From the NCBI GenBank assembly GCA_964187785.1, contig OZ076409.1:54748001-54812000 (forward strand): a stretch of DNA of 64,000 nt. The letters are read 5' to 3'. The stretch is from Amphiscolops sp. MND2022 (Eukaryota). This document shows positions 48,901 through 62,699 of the stretch, piece after piece. The translations under genes were made by a program, and so were the position numbers. The notes below the pieces were generated by a model. It saw only the letters and a list, made by a program, of their open reading frames with translations, ran no database searches and was not told where the DNA came from. Every line of letters starts with the position of its first letter. Position 1 is the stretch's first letter.

Positions 48901-51100
48901 CATTGATCTGCTTCTATGACTTAGTCAAGATATTCTCTCATGAAGCTAGAAAATGCAGACAGTGCACGGCTAAGAATTTGTGCCAAACGTCTGTAGGCAA
49001 ATATGCGGCTCGCAAAATTAAAGGCTAACATTTCGATTTAGCGTTGATCAGCCATCTGGAGGCAATGATACGCTTGCGAATAGTCCAGCTTGCAAAAGAG
49101 TTTTTTGACCGTCATGTGCTGGGCGGCATCGACTAGAGTACTGACTAGATGATTATTATTGATATAATCATCTGCGATTAGGTTGTTGATTTTTCTCAAC
49201 TCAAACAGGAGTCGCAGTTTTCCATTTGGCTTCTTCTGCGCGAATATTGGGCTAGCGTATTTCAAGAATGGTAGGGTCGTAATGATTCCATATTTCTGGA
49301 ACATTGCTAATTCGACTAGTATGCCCTCTTTTAAGTTTATTGGTGCTGGGATGCTCTGGCTATGTGCTGGGGAATCGTCTTTGGGTGTCAATTTCACCTT
49401 GAAATCGTCATTCATACCTATATCGAATCTGTTTCTTGCAAAAAACCCTTGAATTCCTCTAGCAAGTCTTCAATTTTCTCCTTGTCTTCAGGAGTCAGAG
49501 TGGAGTCTTTCCAATCAAAATTTTCTAGGAACTTTGCCCGAGATTCTGCTTCTTTTGTGGGGTCAAGGGTCTCCAAGGCTTGGAAGGCTTGTAATTCTCG
49601 TAGGATTCTCTTCTGTATTGGCGTATGTTCCTCAGGGTTGCCTGGGTTCTCCGGAGTTGGAAACCAGTAATTTTTTTGGTTTTGAGGATTTCTATTCGTT
49701 TTGATGAGGCTGCTGACGTAGTGAGCCGCTTGCACTTAGTCATATTGCAAGAGATGCCAGGTTGATGCCGGGTCTACCGGTTTGACGTACTTCATTTGTT
49801 CTGGCGTCATAACAGAAAAAATGGCAATAAGGATTCCTTTTTTTGAGTTTATAGGGATGATCCGTGAAGTTATTTACAGGTATCGATGTATTGCCATCGT
49901 TCAAAGTGACCAAGGCTGGGCAAAATGTGATGTCGCCTTCTTCATGGAGAAGGTCGCTCGGTTGCAAAATTCCAGTTACTGCATTCTCAGGATATAGTAA
50001 GGAATTGGTCCTAATTAGGACTCTTTCATTTGGTGGAATGGTGATTTCAGTAGGGTTGAGAATCGGTTCTAATACATTTGAGTATTTGTGATCAGCTGTT
50101 TTAAGCTGCATCGAAAAGAACGGGAAATTCAGTATTCTTTGTCTCATGTCCAGTACTGTATGATTTCGTTGAAGGAACATTAGTCCAATATTTGGTCCTA
50201 TCAAATGTTCCATTACTATGAAAATTTCATGGAACTCAATGTCACCAACTTCAAATTTGAGCTCTATAGTACTCTTGCGAGTCTCTAGTTGCCCATTTGC
50301 GACCATTATTTGGAAATTCGGAGGTGGACCTTCCCGGAAAACAGATTGTTGAGGTAGAAGTCGGATTTTCCGTAGGTCCTTTTCTGGGGTTCTACTAGAC
50401 AGTGCCGCAGTATCGATTAGTCCATCTATGGTCAATTCCCCAAAGTCCATTGGGAAGTACAACATGCGTTTTTTCATTAAGGTTAATGTTGGTCGACAGG
50501 GGTATACAGTCTGGTTCACCATCTTTGGTGATGAGCACGTTCTGGAACTGTTTCTTGTCTAAAAACGATTATGGAGTCTGTTCAATATAGTCTTCATTGT
50601 TCTCGGTTCCCAAGGGGTTTGGGAACACTGAATGGTAAGTGCCATCATTCATTTGCAAAGTTTCGATTAGTGCTCTGGTTTTTTTTGTTATGGGTCATTG
50701 GAGGGTTCTCGTGGACTGTTTTGTTGTAATGGTCGATGTCGTCCAGGACATATTGAAACTGTAGTAGGTCCTGGTTGTAAAGTTTTGTATCCCAATAGGG
50801 ATCTCTGCCATAGTCTGAGTCGATGTAGGTCGGATTGTAGTCGTCTACCAAGGGAATGGGACTGAATCGGGTGGTAAAGGTAGTTGTGTAATCAGGATCC
50901 CAAACAGGAAATGGTTTTTGGAACAAATTTGTATTATTATAGGTAATGATGATAGCTTTTTCTATCCGTTGCTGCCAGACAACAGTGGGATAGCCCATCA
51001 GTTGTTGTTGATAATCATGGAACGTTTTTGTTGGAGGATCCGACCTGATGTATTGTCGGACTGATACTAGTTGATTATATTGGAAACGTGGCGAAGCTAG
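45915..51100 (-). pseudogene. pol: pol of element C, heavily disrupted
   Basis: LIDTAA, YVDDIG, MTDASF, TDKG/LERTH; many stops and frameshifts; highly similar to B pol. Confidence 0.93.
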
Positions 51101-51322
51101 TTTTTTGAATCGTCTGTGCTGGATGAAGAATGGGAACTGGATGATGTTGACTTGTAGTGAGGTTTTAAGGCTTTAGAACCAAGATCGTTGTCCGACGAGT
51201 CCTCTGGTCTGGTGCGTTTGGGTTTGGGGTGTGCACCTGCCCCTTGCCAACATCTTTCTTCCGGATGGTTAGTCTTGCCACAAGTTCCACAATTGGAATG
51301 AACCTTTTTCTGTGTAGGTTTG
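51098..51322 (-). pseudogene. gag: gag C-terminal remnant of element C
   Basis: CGTCGKTNHPEERCWQG knuckle and DDSKN* end, as in B. Confidence 0.8.
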
Positions 51323-52189
51323 ATATTACACTAGCAGGTGTTGTGTTAATTCCATTCTGGAGTAAAACGGAGTCGGAATAAACTGCATAGTCGGCATAAA
51401 GGAACGATATCAATTCGGCGCAATTTCATACAAATATAGGTTTTATTTCAGCTTTTTAAGGTTAGTGGCGTTGCGCTAGGATATTTTTGTCGGTTGTCAT
51501 TTCTGAGAAATCCATTTCTTTGGCAATTTTCTCAAAAAAAAACATTTTTGGTTTGTATCAATGTATTGCGGTTTGTCTATCTAGTTTCTTGACGCACTAA
51601 ATGTTCGACATCCGAGTGTAAGTCCGTTCACCCTTCATGATTGCTTGTTTGTTGCCGTCATACTCATAATTTTGTCCAAATGGTGGTTCTGTGGTTTATC
51701 TTATCTGTATCCGCCACTGTGCGAGAAATCTCTGGAAAACTTGATTTGTCGAGTGCGCAGGATAACAAAAACTACCCTAGTCGAGAACGTTCAAATTGCT
51801 GAATTGAAATATGCAGCCTATTTTTTTTCAAAACATAAAAAATTCAGGGAGCATGCATGGAAAAACTTTGTACCACTAAAGTGTTTGTAAAGTGCTTAAA
51901 GCATATCCACGCACATTGAAAATTTCCATTGAAAAAACTATAATGATATGAGAATCAATTAGCCATTTCATTGTCGGAGCTGATGTCCATCAGAGTTGTA
52001 TATCAACTTGCTGCGTTTTACAAGGTACAATTCTAGAGAAGAGAGAGAGAAGTTAATTCAATTTAAAGTTAACGCATTTTTGATAATCAGTAGAAAATTA
52101 AAAAGACAATCGATTTGGACAAAGAAAGAGTCTTACAACTCTTCTTGTCTCTGCCCGTAAAACTAAAACCACTCGGATCGACCCTCCAT

Positions 52190-52863
52190 GGATATCTTAG
52201 TAAGATCTTGGCAAGATCTCGTCAAGATCTTGCCATGGTATTTATTTTGCCATGGTAAGATCTTACCAAGACAGGCATGTATCCAAGAAAAATCTTACTA
52301 AGAAGACCAAAATGGCAAGAAAAATTTGCTACAAACTGCTTGGCATCGAGAAAAAAAGCAGCATTAGAAAAACTTTAAATTAAAAAGCTGTGAAAATCTA
52401 AAACTCACACAAAAATATGAAATACAAGAATCTTTTCAACCATTAGAATAACATCAAAAACAACTGAAATACTTTTTTAATATCACTAAAATAAAATCTA
52501 ACATCCAAAAACCACTAAGTTTATCTAAAAATCACAGGAATAAGATCTAAAACCACAGATCTGAGAACCGAAGTCACAGCAATATACATGGAACCATATC
52601 TAAAATTCCCCAGAACGACGATATTTTCTCCAGTTTCATACAGAAAACCCCTGAAAGGTTTCAAAAAACTTTGTAAGTCGGTTCTCATTTCAGTCTAACA
52701 AGATCTAAAGGCACCGGGACAAGATCTAAAATTTTAGGACGGGAATAAAATCTTAAGGGAATAAGATCTAAAATCACAAAATTTTAGACCTTATTACCCC
52801 TTCTTAGGAATAAGATTCAAAAAGGAATAAGTTCTAAAACTTTAAATCTTATTCCATTTGAAA
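52190..52863. repeat. Degenerate array of AAGATCT / TAAGATCTAAAA motifs, continuing at 54096-54150
   Basis: Many AGATCT-centred short repeats in both orientations, interrupted by LTR D. Confidence 0.5.
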
Positions 52864-52868
52864 GCATG

Positions 52869-54090
52869 TGTCGCAGACGGCCGCCTGCGATGGGAATTGG
52901 TATACAATTGCATATGGATACTGCAGGGCTTTACCCGGAACAATCCCATTAGATTGAGAAAGCACAGAGATTTGAGCCAGGAAGTTCGAAAGAACTACTA
53001 TTAGAACTTTTGTGATGAAAACTGTTTTGTATTATTATATTATGTAATTCCATACATTTGATAATAATATTGTTCTTAGTTATGCGATAAAACATGCAAT
53101 TATACTTAGATGTGCTTTAAATTGGACACCAAGGCGTACAGGTAGAGGAAACGCGTTCAAAGTGTTTCCTTTCCTGTCAACGCAGACAAGCAGTCCAAAT
53201 TAAAATCAACCAATCACAAGGCGCTATTTATTTGTTTGCTGTGCTGTATTCCCGTGCTGTATTCTAATTTAAGAGACTCAAAGGCCATATGCCGCCAAAC
53301 CAACACTGCTTTTATACCAAACAAAGGCGCGTGGACACTGAGTCGAAAATTGAATACAAGCTGGTGCGGATACTAGAGATAGCAGTGCGCTATTTTAGAG
53401 ACGACGCTGTTTTAGAAACACTTTAATTAAAGTACATCTCTGTGATTACAAAAGGACTTCCAGTCCTTTCCCCCCCATCTTTGCTTCCTTCCCAAAATAT
53501 CTTGGGTAAAGAATTAGATGAGTAATTTATGCCATGAATAGCTGTAAATAATGTCCCATGAGTCTGTGTACCATTTTGTGTATACCTATTACNNNNNNNN
53601 NNNNNNNNNNNNNNNNNNNNNNNNNNNNNNNNNNNNNNNNNNNNNNNNNNNNNNNNNNNNNNNNNNNNNNNNNNNNNNNNNNNNNNNNNNNNNNNNNNNN
53701 NNNNNNNNNNNNNNNNNNNNNNNNNNNNNNNNNNNNNNNNNNNNNNNNNNNNNNNNNNNNNNNNNNNNNNNNNNNNNNNNNNNNNNNNNNNNTGAGACCT
53801 TTTCAAATGAATTCAATCTTAGATTATCACAAGAAATGGACTCAATGATGTCCATGATGCATAGCCAAATAAATAGGGCTATCAGTAATGCTATTGCAGA
53901 AAGGGTTATTCCTGAAATCCAGAACATTGTGAGTTCTTCGTCCTCTTCAGGAAACAGGGACACTGAAGCCAGTGTACGCCGAATAGCCAGGAAAACAGGG
54001 AATGTTCATCCGGGTTTAAATCAAAATTTGCAAAGAAGGACTCACAGTCTGCATTTGATTTAAGAGATATTGCAGGTCGTAGTCATTACA
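52869..54090 (+). mobile_element. LTR D of the same clade: solo LTR or an element collapsed across the gap
   Basis: Starts TGTCGCAGACGGCCGCCTGCGATGG (like the B LTR), ends CATTACA, TSD GCATG at 52864-52868 and 54091-54095. Encodes the Gag-N segment LSQEMDSMMSMMHSQINRAISNAI. Confidence 0.85.
53593..53792. other. Assembly gap (200 N)
   Basis: Run of N. Confidence 1.
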
Positions 54091-56812
54091 GCATGTCAAG
54101 TTTTTAGATCTTATTCCTTTAGATCTTATTATCTAGACTATATTCCCCCTTCCGAAATGAAGGTCTAGGCTGAGAAATCGAGTAAAGACCCGGCAAAAGA
54201 ATTATCATACGAATATAACCATTTTTGAAACTATTCATCGAAATTTCGAAATTTTCGAAGAGGGTCAACCCGGGAAGTTAAAGCATTTAATGAACAGTGA
54301 AACATCAAACTATGTATTTCAAGTACCATTCTATTGCTAGTAAAGTACCCTATTAGGAATTTCAACAGAATTTTTATAGGAAAGGTTATACCGCGAGACA
54401 TTCAGTGTGTTTCAAGCTTTCAAAAAACGCCTTTGATACCACATTCAATTAAAAATCTCACCGCTACATCTTTTTTGTTTGATGACAGGAAGCTTCAAAT
54501 AAATTTTCAGAATATTGTTCACTTGAATCAATCGGCATGCAATGACAAGTGCGTTCAAAGTCTTAAAGTAAAGGCTAAAATTCAACATTTTGTGGAGGTT
54601 TTGATAAACCGATCTAGAAACTGTTACAAAACAACTATTCCAGTCCCGTGTTGTTCAAAATGTTGCGCAGAATTGGCATCATTTTATAAGGTCTCCAACA
54701 CTTTGCACACAGTTGTAACACTCCACACAGTTGTAAACACAGTTGTGGAGTTCATTATTTTTTGTTTTGTTTGAGAACCGGAAAAATCTTTTTAACGCAC
54801 TAATTTTTGTCCTAAAATGTTTGCCACTGAATATCAGAAGCTAGTGGAGAGCTGCTGATTTCTTCGCATAGTGACAGGGGCCGAGAAGTAAATGTTTTCC
54901 TGCAGCTCGAAGCGATAGAGGAAAGACCAAAAGGTCCTCCCTTTTGGGTTCTCCGGCACTATAAGACTCGTGTCCGGAAAACTTTTCATTCAACCACAGC
55001 GTACCCCCATTTGATTTTCTGATGTATTTAGAAATTATTCTCAAAAGTTTTTTGTTCTTGGATGAATCTATTTGGCTTTTTAGTACTTCAAGGTTGATGA
55101 GAGTTTACCCAATTATATAAGGGCGTCGCTCTTCTTGAGCCTTGGATGGGCGCCGCCCTTTGCCATTCCCGACTTGTTCCATTTTGTACTGCACTTTACT
55201 TTGCACAATTTTTTTCTGACGGCGTCTGGTATGAGTATACGAAACTGTTTGCAGTGTCACTGCACCTCTTGTTTTGGATTAGACTCAGTGTAGATCAGTT
55301 CAGAAACAAATACTCACGAAAGGACAGCAGACGTTATTCAAGAAGTCAAAAATTAGGCAAACCACTTTTTCAATTTTTTCGAATTCTTTCCAATAGTCAA
55401 CAACAATACAGGAGAAAAGTCCTGTTCAAACAAAAGATTTAGATGTTCGACACTGATTGCACTTTGGAACTTAGATCAACTGAAAAATTGAACTTTTCCC
55501 TAAATTTAAACATCCAGAATAACCAAAACGTGGAAAAAGTGTTCTGACTTGGTTTTCAAAACTAACGAAAAGTCGCACAGCGCCAAAAACGCCAAAGAAC
55601 GACACGTTATGCTGATTTTAAACATCAATATCCTAACTGAAAACAGCAGAACAAACAAAGGAGAGTTTTCAAGTGAAAAGGAGAAAGGTGTTGAAAAAAG
55701 TTGCATAGTACCGAAAAAACGCAAAGGGTAACCCTTTCGTCGCATCCAATTTTTTATCAGTAAAAAAATTTAAAGAAGTAGTGAAAGCCTTTTGCCACCC
55801 CTGCAAGCAGTTTAAATTTAAAAGATCAGCTCAAGGAATGGACTTTCAAAAATCCCAACCCACAAAAGTCAACTTCGTGAAAATCTGGTTGATCTTTATC
55901 ACAATTCAAGCAATCGCAGTGTAAAAATTATTCAAAATTTTGATCTTTTGGGCTCTAATAACGCGTTTTCCTATCAAAAAGCATTTTAAAAAACCAATTC
56001 AAACTATTACTTAGTCCCGAAAAAATCCGACATTACGCTTTGGTCTCATTCGGTTCATTATATCAATTAAAACTTAAAAACAGTCAAAGGAGCACCTCTG
56101 CCGGATGGATGTTAGGCTAACTCTGTTCCAAAGTTGGACGAAAAACTTTCCGCTACAATTTTACAAAAATGGAAGAAAAGTTGCAAGTTACTGCCTTCGT
56201 GCTCAATAATACTCACTGAGAAGACTCTCGTGAATGCTACACAACCAAAAAAATCACAGTTTTTTCCAATTGAAAATATCAAAATACCTTAAGCTTTCAA
56301 GAAATTTTTTGATCAACAGCAGTTCAAATTTTCGTTTTCGAGGTAAGTCGCACAGTGCCGAAGTTACAAAGGGGCACTCAAAGCTTACAAAATGTAACGT
56401 CAGCCAGTAATTTTGAGAAGTACGCGTTATATTTTGAAGATACCCACGTGATGTTTATGTCCAGTAGGCGGGTCCCGAATCGGTGCCCTCCTGCTTCAGC
56501 TCTATAATTCAACGTTGTTACCAAGACCAAACCGTTGTCGTTATTTTGGCCGCGCAGGGGCCCATTTTAGAAAAGCGATTTTAACTTAGATTGGCAAGAC
56601 TGTAAAAGAGTTCTTAAACTGACTGTCGTGTTTCCAATTTTATCAGGTGCCATTTGAGTTTGCTAGCCGTTGTGCTAAGATGCTAAGAAAAGATAATATA
56701 ATATTGATGAAACTCTGCCCTGATGCTAAGTTGGCTCTCATCGTCGCAAATACCCTCTGAGTGCAAGCATCCTCTCGTTTGCCGAGGACGACAAACTACG
56801 GCCCGGGGAGGA

Positions 56813-57533
56813 TGTAACGTCGTCCACTGGCATGACAAAACTTCGATGAAAAATTCGAAATGAATGTGCGATATCAAAATTGTACAATAAAAAGGGCCCA
56901 CCTAGCAGGTGCGGGAAAATGAACGAAAAAAGAAGCCACGCGAAGACAGAGCAAAAAAGCACGAGAACAAGAGAAGGAGATCAGAGAAGACAAGCGTGGA
57001 AAAGAACGAGATGACATCGAAAAACTTAGAACAGACAGAGTGTTGTGCCATTTCTCTGGGAAAATGCCCGAAGATACAGAACAACGCTAGAGGCAAGAAC
57101 CCGATGATCTACACCGAACTCTAACTGTACACTTTATTGGGGCCCATCCCCACTTATTTTACTGATTACGGAGTGCTTGGACGATGTCTGACCTAGTAGG
57201 TCTCTATTTAAATATCCAATTTCCAAATACAATGTATTTCAGTGAGATACCTTTTTGGACCTCGGAAGTATGTAGGGGGTTGCGGGAACACTCTCGAAAT
57301 CTTAGGAATCGTTTTTACAGGCTTGTGGGGCGTGTCCGGACTTTGAAAGTGCCGGCACGTCGCCTCGGAGCTCTAACTAGAGGAGCCTCTTTAGACGCAA
57401 GAAAAGTCCCTCGAGGAGACCATTTTGGGAACAAAAAGTAGTTTCTAGGGATGTAGTAAGACAATGGTCTCCTGTTTAAGCACCGTAGGCATTTTCCCTC
57501 TTCCTAGATGTGCGCCGCTAGTCGGACGTTACA
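56813..57533 (+). mobile_element. Probable 3' LTR of an unrelated LTR retrotransposon (BEL/Pao-like boundary)
   Basis: 9-bp terminal inverted repeat TGTAACGTC...GACGTTACA, preceded by purine-rich GGGGAGGA. No matching TSD. Confidence 0.5.
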
Positions 57534-60089
57534 AAACGTATCGTCCTTGCTAAAAACAGCAGAAAACGTAAAAGGATGATCTTCAGTTTAGAAATTTTGA
57601 AAACTTGTACAGTTCCAAAAAACTTTTGAAAGAGAACCATTTGTCTTGACCGCACTTTTGCAGGCTTGAAAGACCTTCGCTCTAGCGCGGTACTCGAACC
57701 CACTTAGTTCTGCTTCGTACACCCTGTCACCAGGCAGAGAAACTCGCATTAACTTCTAGGCCAAGTGGAAAGTCTAGTAGCAGTTGAAAGAAAGTGGAAA
57801 AAATTGCATACTTAACCCTAAATAGACGACGGTACGATTTCGTACAAGTTACTTTTTGCAATATTCTGAGAGCACCAGTTGACCGTATGGTAATGAAAAC
57901 TCGTGACTAAGATTTTCACATAGCAGTGCTCGCCTTTTCACTGAATATTGACTTGATGTCTCCGAAAGTGAGAAAGCGGGATCAACAAATAAAAAAAACA
58001 GAGCACAGTTTTTCCGTTTTTCAAGTTTTCGTTTGTGACCACTTCATCCCTTTGTATCAAGATGGTGAATTGTAATCAGAGGCACGAGGCGTGCAATGTT
58101 TTGGCGCAAATCTGGAGCCAGTGCGCTGAAGCGGGCCCCCAGCCCAGCAGTTCAAAAATTAATTTGAAAGCCCTAATTGGCTTCTTTCGAACGCGCAATA
58201 AATCACTTTTGGACTTGATTAGTTCAATAGATATTCCGGTTTAAAGTTGAGCACCAGATTTTTGGATGGAGCCGGAAATTTCCAGTCCGTCGTTTCAGGG
58301 TTTGTGTTTCTGAAGAAAACGGAAAAAAGTTCAAAAATGTCTTTTACGAAACTCAAAACTTTTTGACAAAGTTGTCCTACTACTAGACATTCTTCTTACC
58401 GGGCATTTCGCACCCCTCAAAACCATTCTTTTGTCAAAATCATCCGTTCAAACTGTAATAGCTCGTTGTTCCGCTTCGCTTCGCACCTTTTTTGGATATT
58501 TAGATACTTTACCGTGGCGGTCCCAATCAATGCAAGAGATTGTCCAAAATCCGAAATTATCTGAGCATAAAACCACAAAAACAGACGCTTATTTATTCAA
58601 AAATCGAAGACGGAGAAATTCCCCGATACGTAGACAAAAAGATTCAAGAAATGATACTTCTCCGACGAGAACCAAACTTTTACGGGTGGGTCATCTGTTC
58701 ATTCATGAGTTGTTTGTCCCAATAAATAATTCGATTTCCTTTGTTTGAAGGAAGACAAAATTTGAGTTGTTTTATTTACACTTTGCTCGATTTTATCACC
58801 TGGATGAACCATCATTCAAAAATTTCGAGTTTTGCAATTTATTGAGGACAATGAAAATATCAAAAATTTAAGACTCTCCGAAGAAAACTAGTTCTTGAAA
58901 ATGGAATTAGCAGTTCGCTGCAAAAAGGTTCAATACAAGCGTCATCCAAACCTTAAGAGTGAAGGTTAACTTTTCAGATTCAATCGCAAAAACCAGAAAA
59001 TTCGAATAACGTTACTCATGAAAAACGCTTCTAGGATGACCCTTTTTGAGTTGGCAGATCTTTGAACTTAAACGAATGTTTTACGACTAGTTTTGTGCCC
59101 ATTGAATTCAGCGAGCTGTTTTGTACAAATTGCTCTGAAAAAATGATTTTCTACAAATTACTTGTATTTTCTACATTGCACTTGATGCTTTTTCAACAAA
59201 AAAAGAATTTTTCGGACACATCCATTTTGAGTTCATTTTTGCAAATGTGCATTTTAACTTAAAACCTACTCCATTTATACATATGGGGTTACTGTATTCA
59301 AAACTCGTTTATTCAGTTCACGAGAAATAATGAAATGCTTCCATGTTAGATTGGAAGGAATGCACAATTATTCAGATGTAATTGAGAATGACTTGCTAGA
59401 TATTACCAAACAATTGTACTTAATCTCATTATATGGGCTTTTTGTCAGCTTAATTTTCTTGTGATTATCTTTCCCCCTGTGCAAGCATTGTGTGTTCCCG
59501 AAAGCGGTCAACTTTTGGATGAAAATTCAGTTACCCTTACATTGCAGAATACTTAAAAACAACACAAATGCAAATTAGTGTCCATTTTTACTCTCCATTT
59601 CTTAGTTGGCGCTTCACGAAGTGAAACGCGATTACAGTGGTGTGAAGAAAGAATGCGACCTAGAAAGTTTGATGCTCTTTGCAAAACCTTGATTAACCAA
59701 GAAAAGAATAAGGTCTCAGACAAAACAAACTTCAAGTTGAAAGATCACTTCAAGGGCTTTCAACTGATTCATTTATTTATCTTAAAGATGCCTCAAATCA
59801 GCGAAAAATAGCGTCTACAAATAATAACACTAAACTTGCAAAATCATTTTGTTTGTCAAATTTCCGAAACAAGCAACGTACATAAATCAATTGTTTCCCG
59901 AATCATCATTCGATAAAAAGACCCAGGACATATTATTAACAATAAAAGTCTCGGTCGGCCGGAAAAAGTAAACCTAGGAATGAAAAAATTGTGATTTGAG
60001 CTTCAAAAAAACGCTTTTTAAAACTCTTCACAAATGAAAAGTTCTCAACAAATATACTTATATACCAGTTATATTAGGAAGATATTGAT

Positions 60090-60560
60090 CAAGTATGGCC
60101 TTCGAGCGCGAAATTGCAAAGAAACGGGCGGAAAGAATGTTGGTCGAAAAAACGTCAATAGCCGGAAAACACTCCTTTTTTCGAACGAGACTATGCTCTA
60201 ACTGAACAATGAAGAGAAGGATCTTAAAAGAAGACCCAGATAACCAACAGTTTTTTTCTCGAAAACATTTGATGGTTTATGGATGTATTCAATCGAATGG
60301 CAATTGATTGCTGATACCTATGAACAACAATGTGGATTCAGATGAATACACGAAAGTTATCAAAGATCATATTTTTGACTTCCTTGATTTGCATGAACTG
60401 TTCCAACAAGACAATGGCCCAGTCCATACAATGATCAAAACCAAAAAAATGGAAAATGGGTTCATTTTACTGGAAAATTAGCCTGCACAGTACCTTGATC
60501 TCAACATTATCAATAATTGGTGGAGTGACCCGAGGAAAAACATCTGTAAAACCATCAAGG
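60090..60560 (+). pseudogene. Tc1/mariner transposase remnant
   Basis: FQQDNGPVHT at 60401-60430 and downstream (W)PAQYLDLNIINNWW, resembling Tc1 FQQDNAPxH / WPxxSPDLNPIENLW. Boundaries approximate. Confidence 0.7.
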
Positions 60561-61835
60561 GACCCTGAAAACTTCAGAACTATGCACAAGAAAAATTCGG
60601 AAACAATTCTGGTTGAGTACATGGTAAAACTTCAGGACTCAAATCTTCGACCATTACAGCTTTTTGTTGCAAAAAGAGGCACCCCGGAGGATTACTACAC
60701 TTTTTTCTACGTAAAAATTAATTTTGTGTGACCCGAATTGTCCCGCTTTTTTGCAACAGAACAACTACTTTTTTGATATTTCGCAACCGAATTGATGTTA
60801 AAAATCCCCAAATGGTCCCCTTTTACAATTCTGGCAAAATGAGACTGCTGAAAAACTCCTCATTTTTCCTTTGAACCTAGATTTTCAGAGACTGTTTATA
60901 AGAATCTTGCAAGTATCTCACATTTCATACAAACATGTCAGATTATGGCAGGTCAGACCTTTCTCGCAGATTCAGTCGTTTCTTGCAAGAGTTTTGCATG
61001 TCGGGACATTTTGTCCAAGAATTTTGCAAGAAAACGTTTGAAAATTGAAAAAAAAATCTGTAAAAAATTTCCGGGAAATAACGGAAAACGTGCAGATTTT
61101 TGTTTTATTTAAAACCAAGAATATGTTCAAAATGAATGTAAACATGCGGATGTCTGGTAAATGAAGTCGCGCAGAATTGAATGTGACCGAAGTTGTTGAA
61201 ACATGACTTGTTTATTTTAGAACTACATTCTTTGGGAGCTGTACGTTTGCCCCTATGATTACCTAGGGCAGCTAGTTAAGCCGAGTCCTAACTTGCATCT
61301 TGATGGAGGAACTAATCAAGTGTACACGTAAAGTGAGATGAAACATACGTCGGTGCATCCAGAAAATATACATGTGTAAACCATTTCTGCTACTCCTATA
61401 TACAAGGTGCAGCCCCAAAGGTAATTTTCACATGAAGACGGAAGTAGCAGACTACCTCCAGAGTAAATCGTCTAGGTTTACATATTCGGTCCACTTAACA
61501 GCAGCAAACTTGAATCATACAATTCGAATGAACTCTCACGCAGTAAACGTTGATTACGTGTACATATTTATGTTTATCTTTATCTATATTTGTTTTGCGG
61601 ATGTTGTGAAAATCGCTCAATTGAAAACTTCTAACAAGTCTTTTTATTTTATTTATTTTCAAGATTCAAGCATTTTTAGTCGGCGCCTTTTCCTTTAAGG
61701 AAAAAAGCCCGACTATTACTGGCTAGTTTTTTTTTCTTTTTTTTCGTCAGACCACAGAGCTCATCGCGTATGTACCGCTTTTTACAGAAAGTGATAAGAC
61801 TACTCAGTCCAAGTCAGGCCAATGGAAACTTAGTG

Positions 61836-62287
61836 CAAAGGGTCTCCCCTTTCATTTTTTACCTTTTTTTCGTAACCTACAAAATCGGAAAAGACCAAAG
61901 GGTCCCCCCTTTAATTTTTTTCGGCACTGTGCGAAGTTTTTTTCGAAAATATTTTAAGGTCTCAAAAGATTCCCCCCTTCAAGTTTTTTGATATTTTGCA
62001 ACAGAATGTAAGTTAATGAATCCCAAAGGGTCCCCCTTTTCATTTTTCGGCACTATGCGACTTTTTCGAATTTTTTTTCAAAAAAAAAATTTCAAAAAAA
62101 ATTCAAATTTTATTTTTCCCAGTCGGGAAACAGTGATTTTCCAGTCATATCGAGCATGAAAGGCACACTTTGGGTGTCTCGAAAGTGTTTTCAAAGCTTT
62201 TCATGAATACGTCCTGAGCATATTTAGAAAACTTTGCGCTTCTTGAGCCTTAGATATAGCGCCGACTTTAGACGTTCCCGTCTTGTT
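61836..62287 (+). repeat. Dispersed non-coding repeat family copy
   Basis: AAAGGGTCCCCC and GGCACT(G/A)TGCGA subrepeats; ends gcgccgactttagacgttcccgtcttgtt. Confidence 0.7.
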
Positions 62288-62699
62288 TAAACTCTACGAG
62301 ATGAAAAAAATGAAAAAAATTAGTTTAGCCAAAGGTCAAGGAAACTAGATGAGGTTTTCCTATCTGTATTAGATGAAAAATGAAAGTTGAATTAATTGTC
62401 CAAGGGTCAAGGAAACTAGATAAGACAAAGGTAGATTTAAATTCTGAGACTCTTCAAGCAGTAGACTCTGCAATTACGCAAAAGGTACTTTCCCATCTGT
62501 AAAATCACGTTTTGTGAAGCGTGGACGCTAACGTTGTATTCGAACTAAGTTGCGCTTCACTAAAGAGGAAGGGAAGGTTCGAAAATAATGCGCTTTTAAC
62601 GAAGTTTGACAATATCTCCAGACAATACTGCGTTCCACTTAAGGAAAAGGCAGAGGTTTGAAAAAAGCGCTTCCATTTGTGTTCATTTCCTCTCAGAAC

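Larger units (their letters stand above)
37086..51322 (-). mobile_element. 5'-truncated, decayed Ty3/Gypsy element C (sister family of B)
   Basis: 3' LTR, both accessory genes, pol and the gag C-terminus are collinear with B. Homology stops at ~51322, within gag. Confidence 0.92.

Noticed and set aside
53423..54063. ORFs spanning the N run
   Set aside because: Artefacts of translating the gap; only the Gag-N part after 53793 is meaningful.
57675..57710. tRNA gene (minus-strand GGTTCGAGTACC, B-box-like)
   Set aside because: No cloverleaf or A box could be built; at most a SINE-like fragment.
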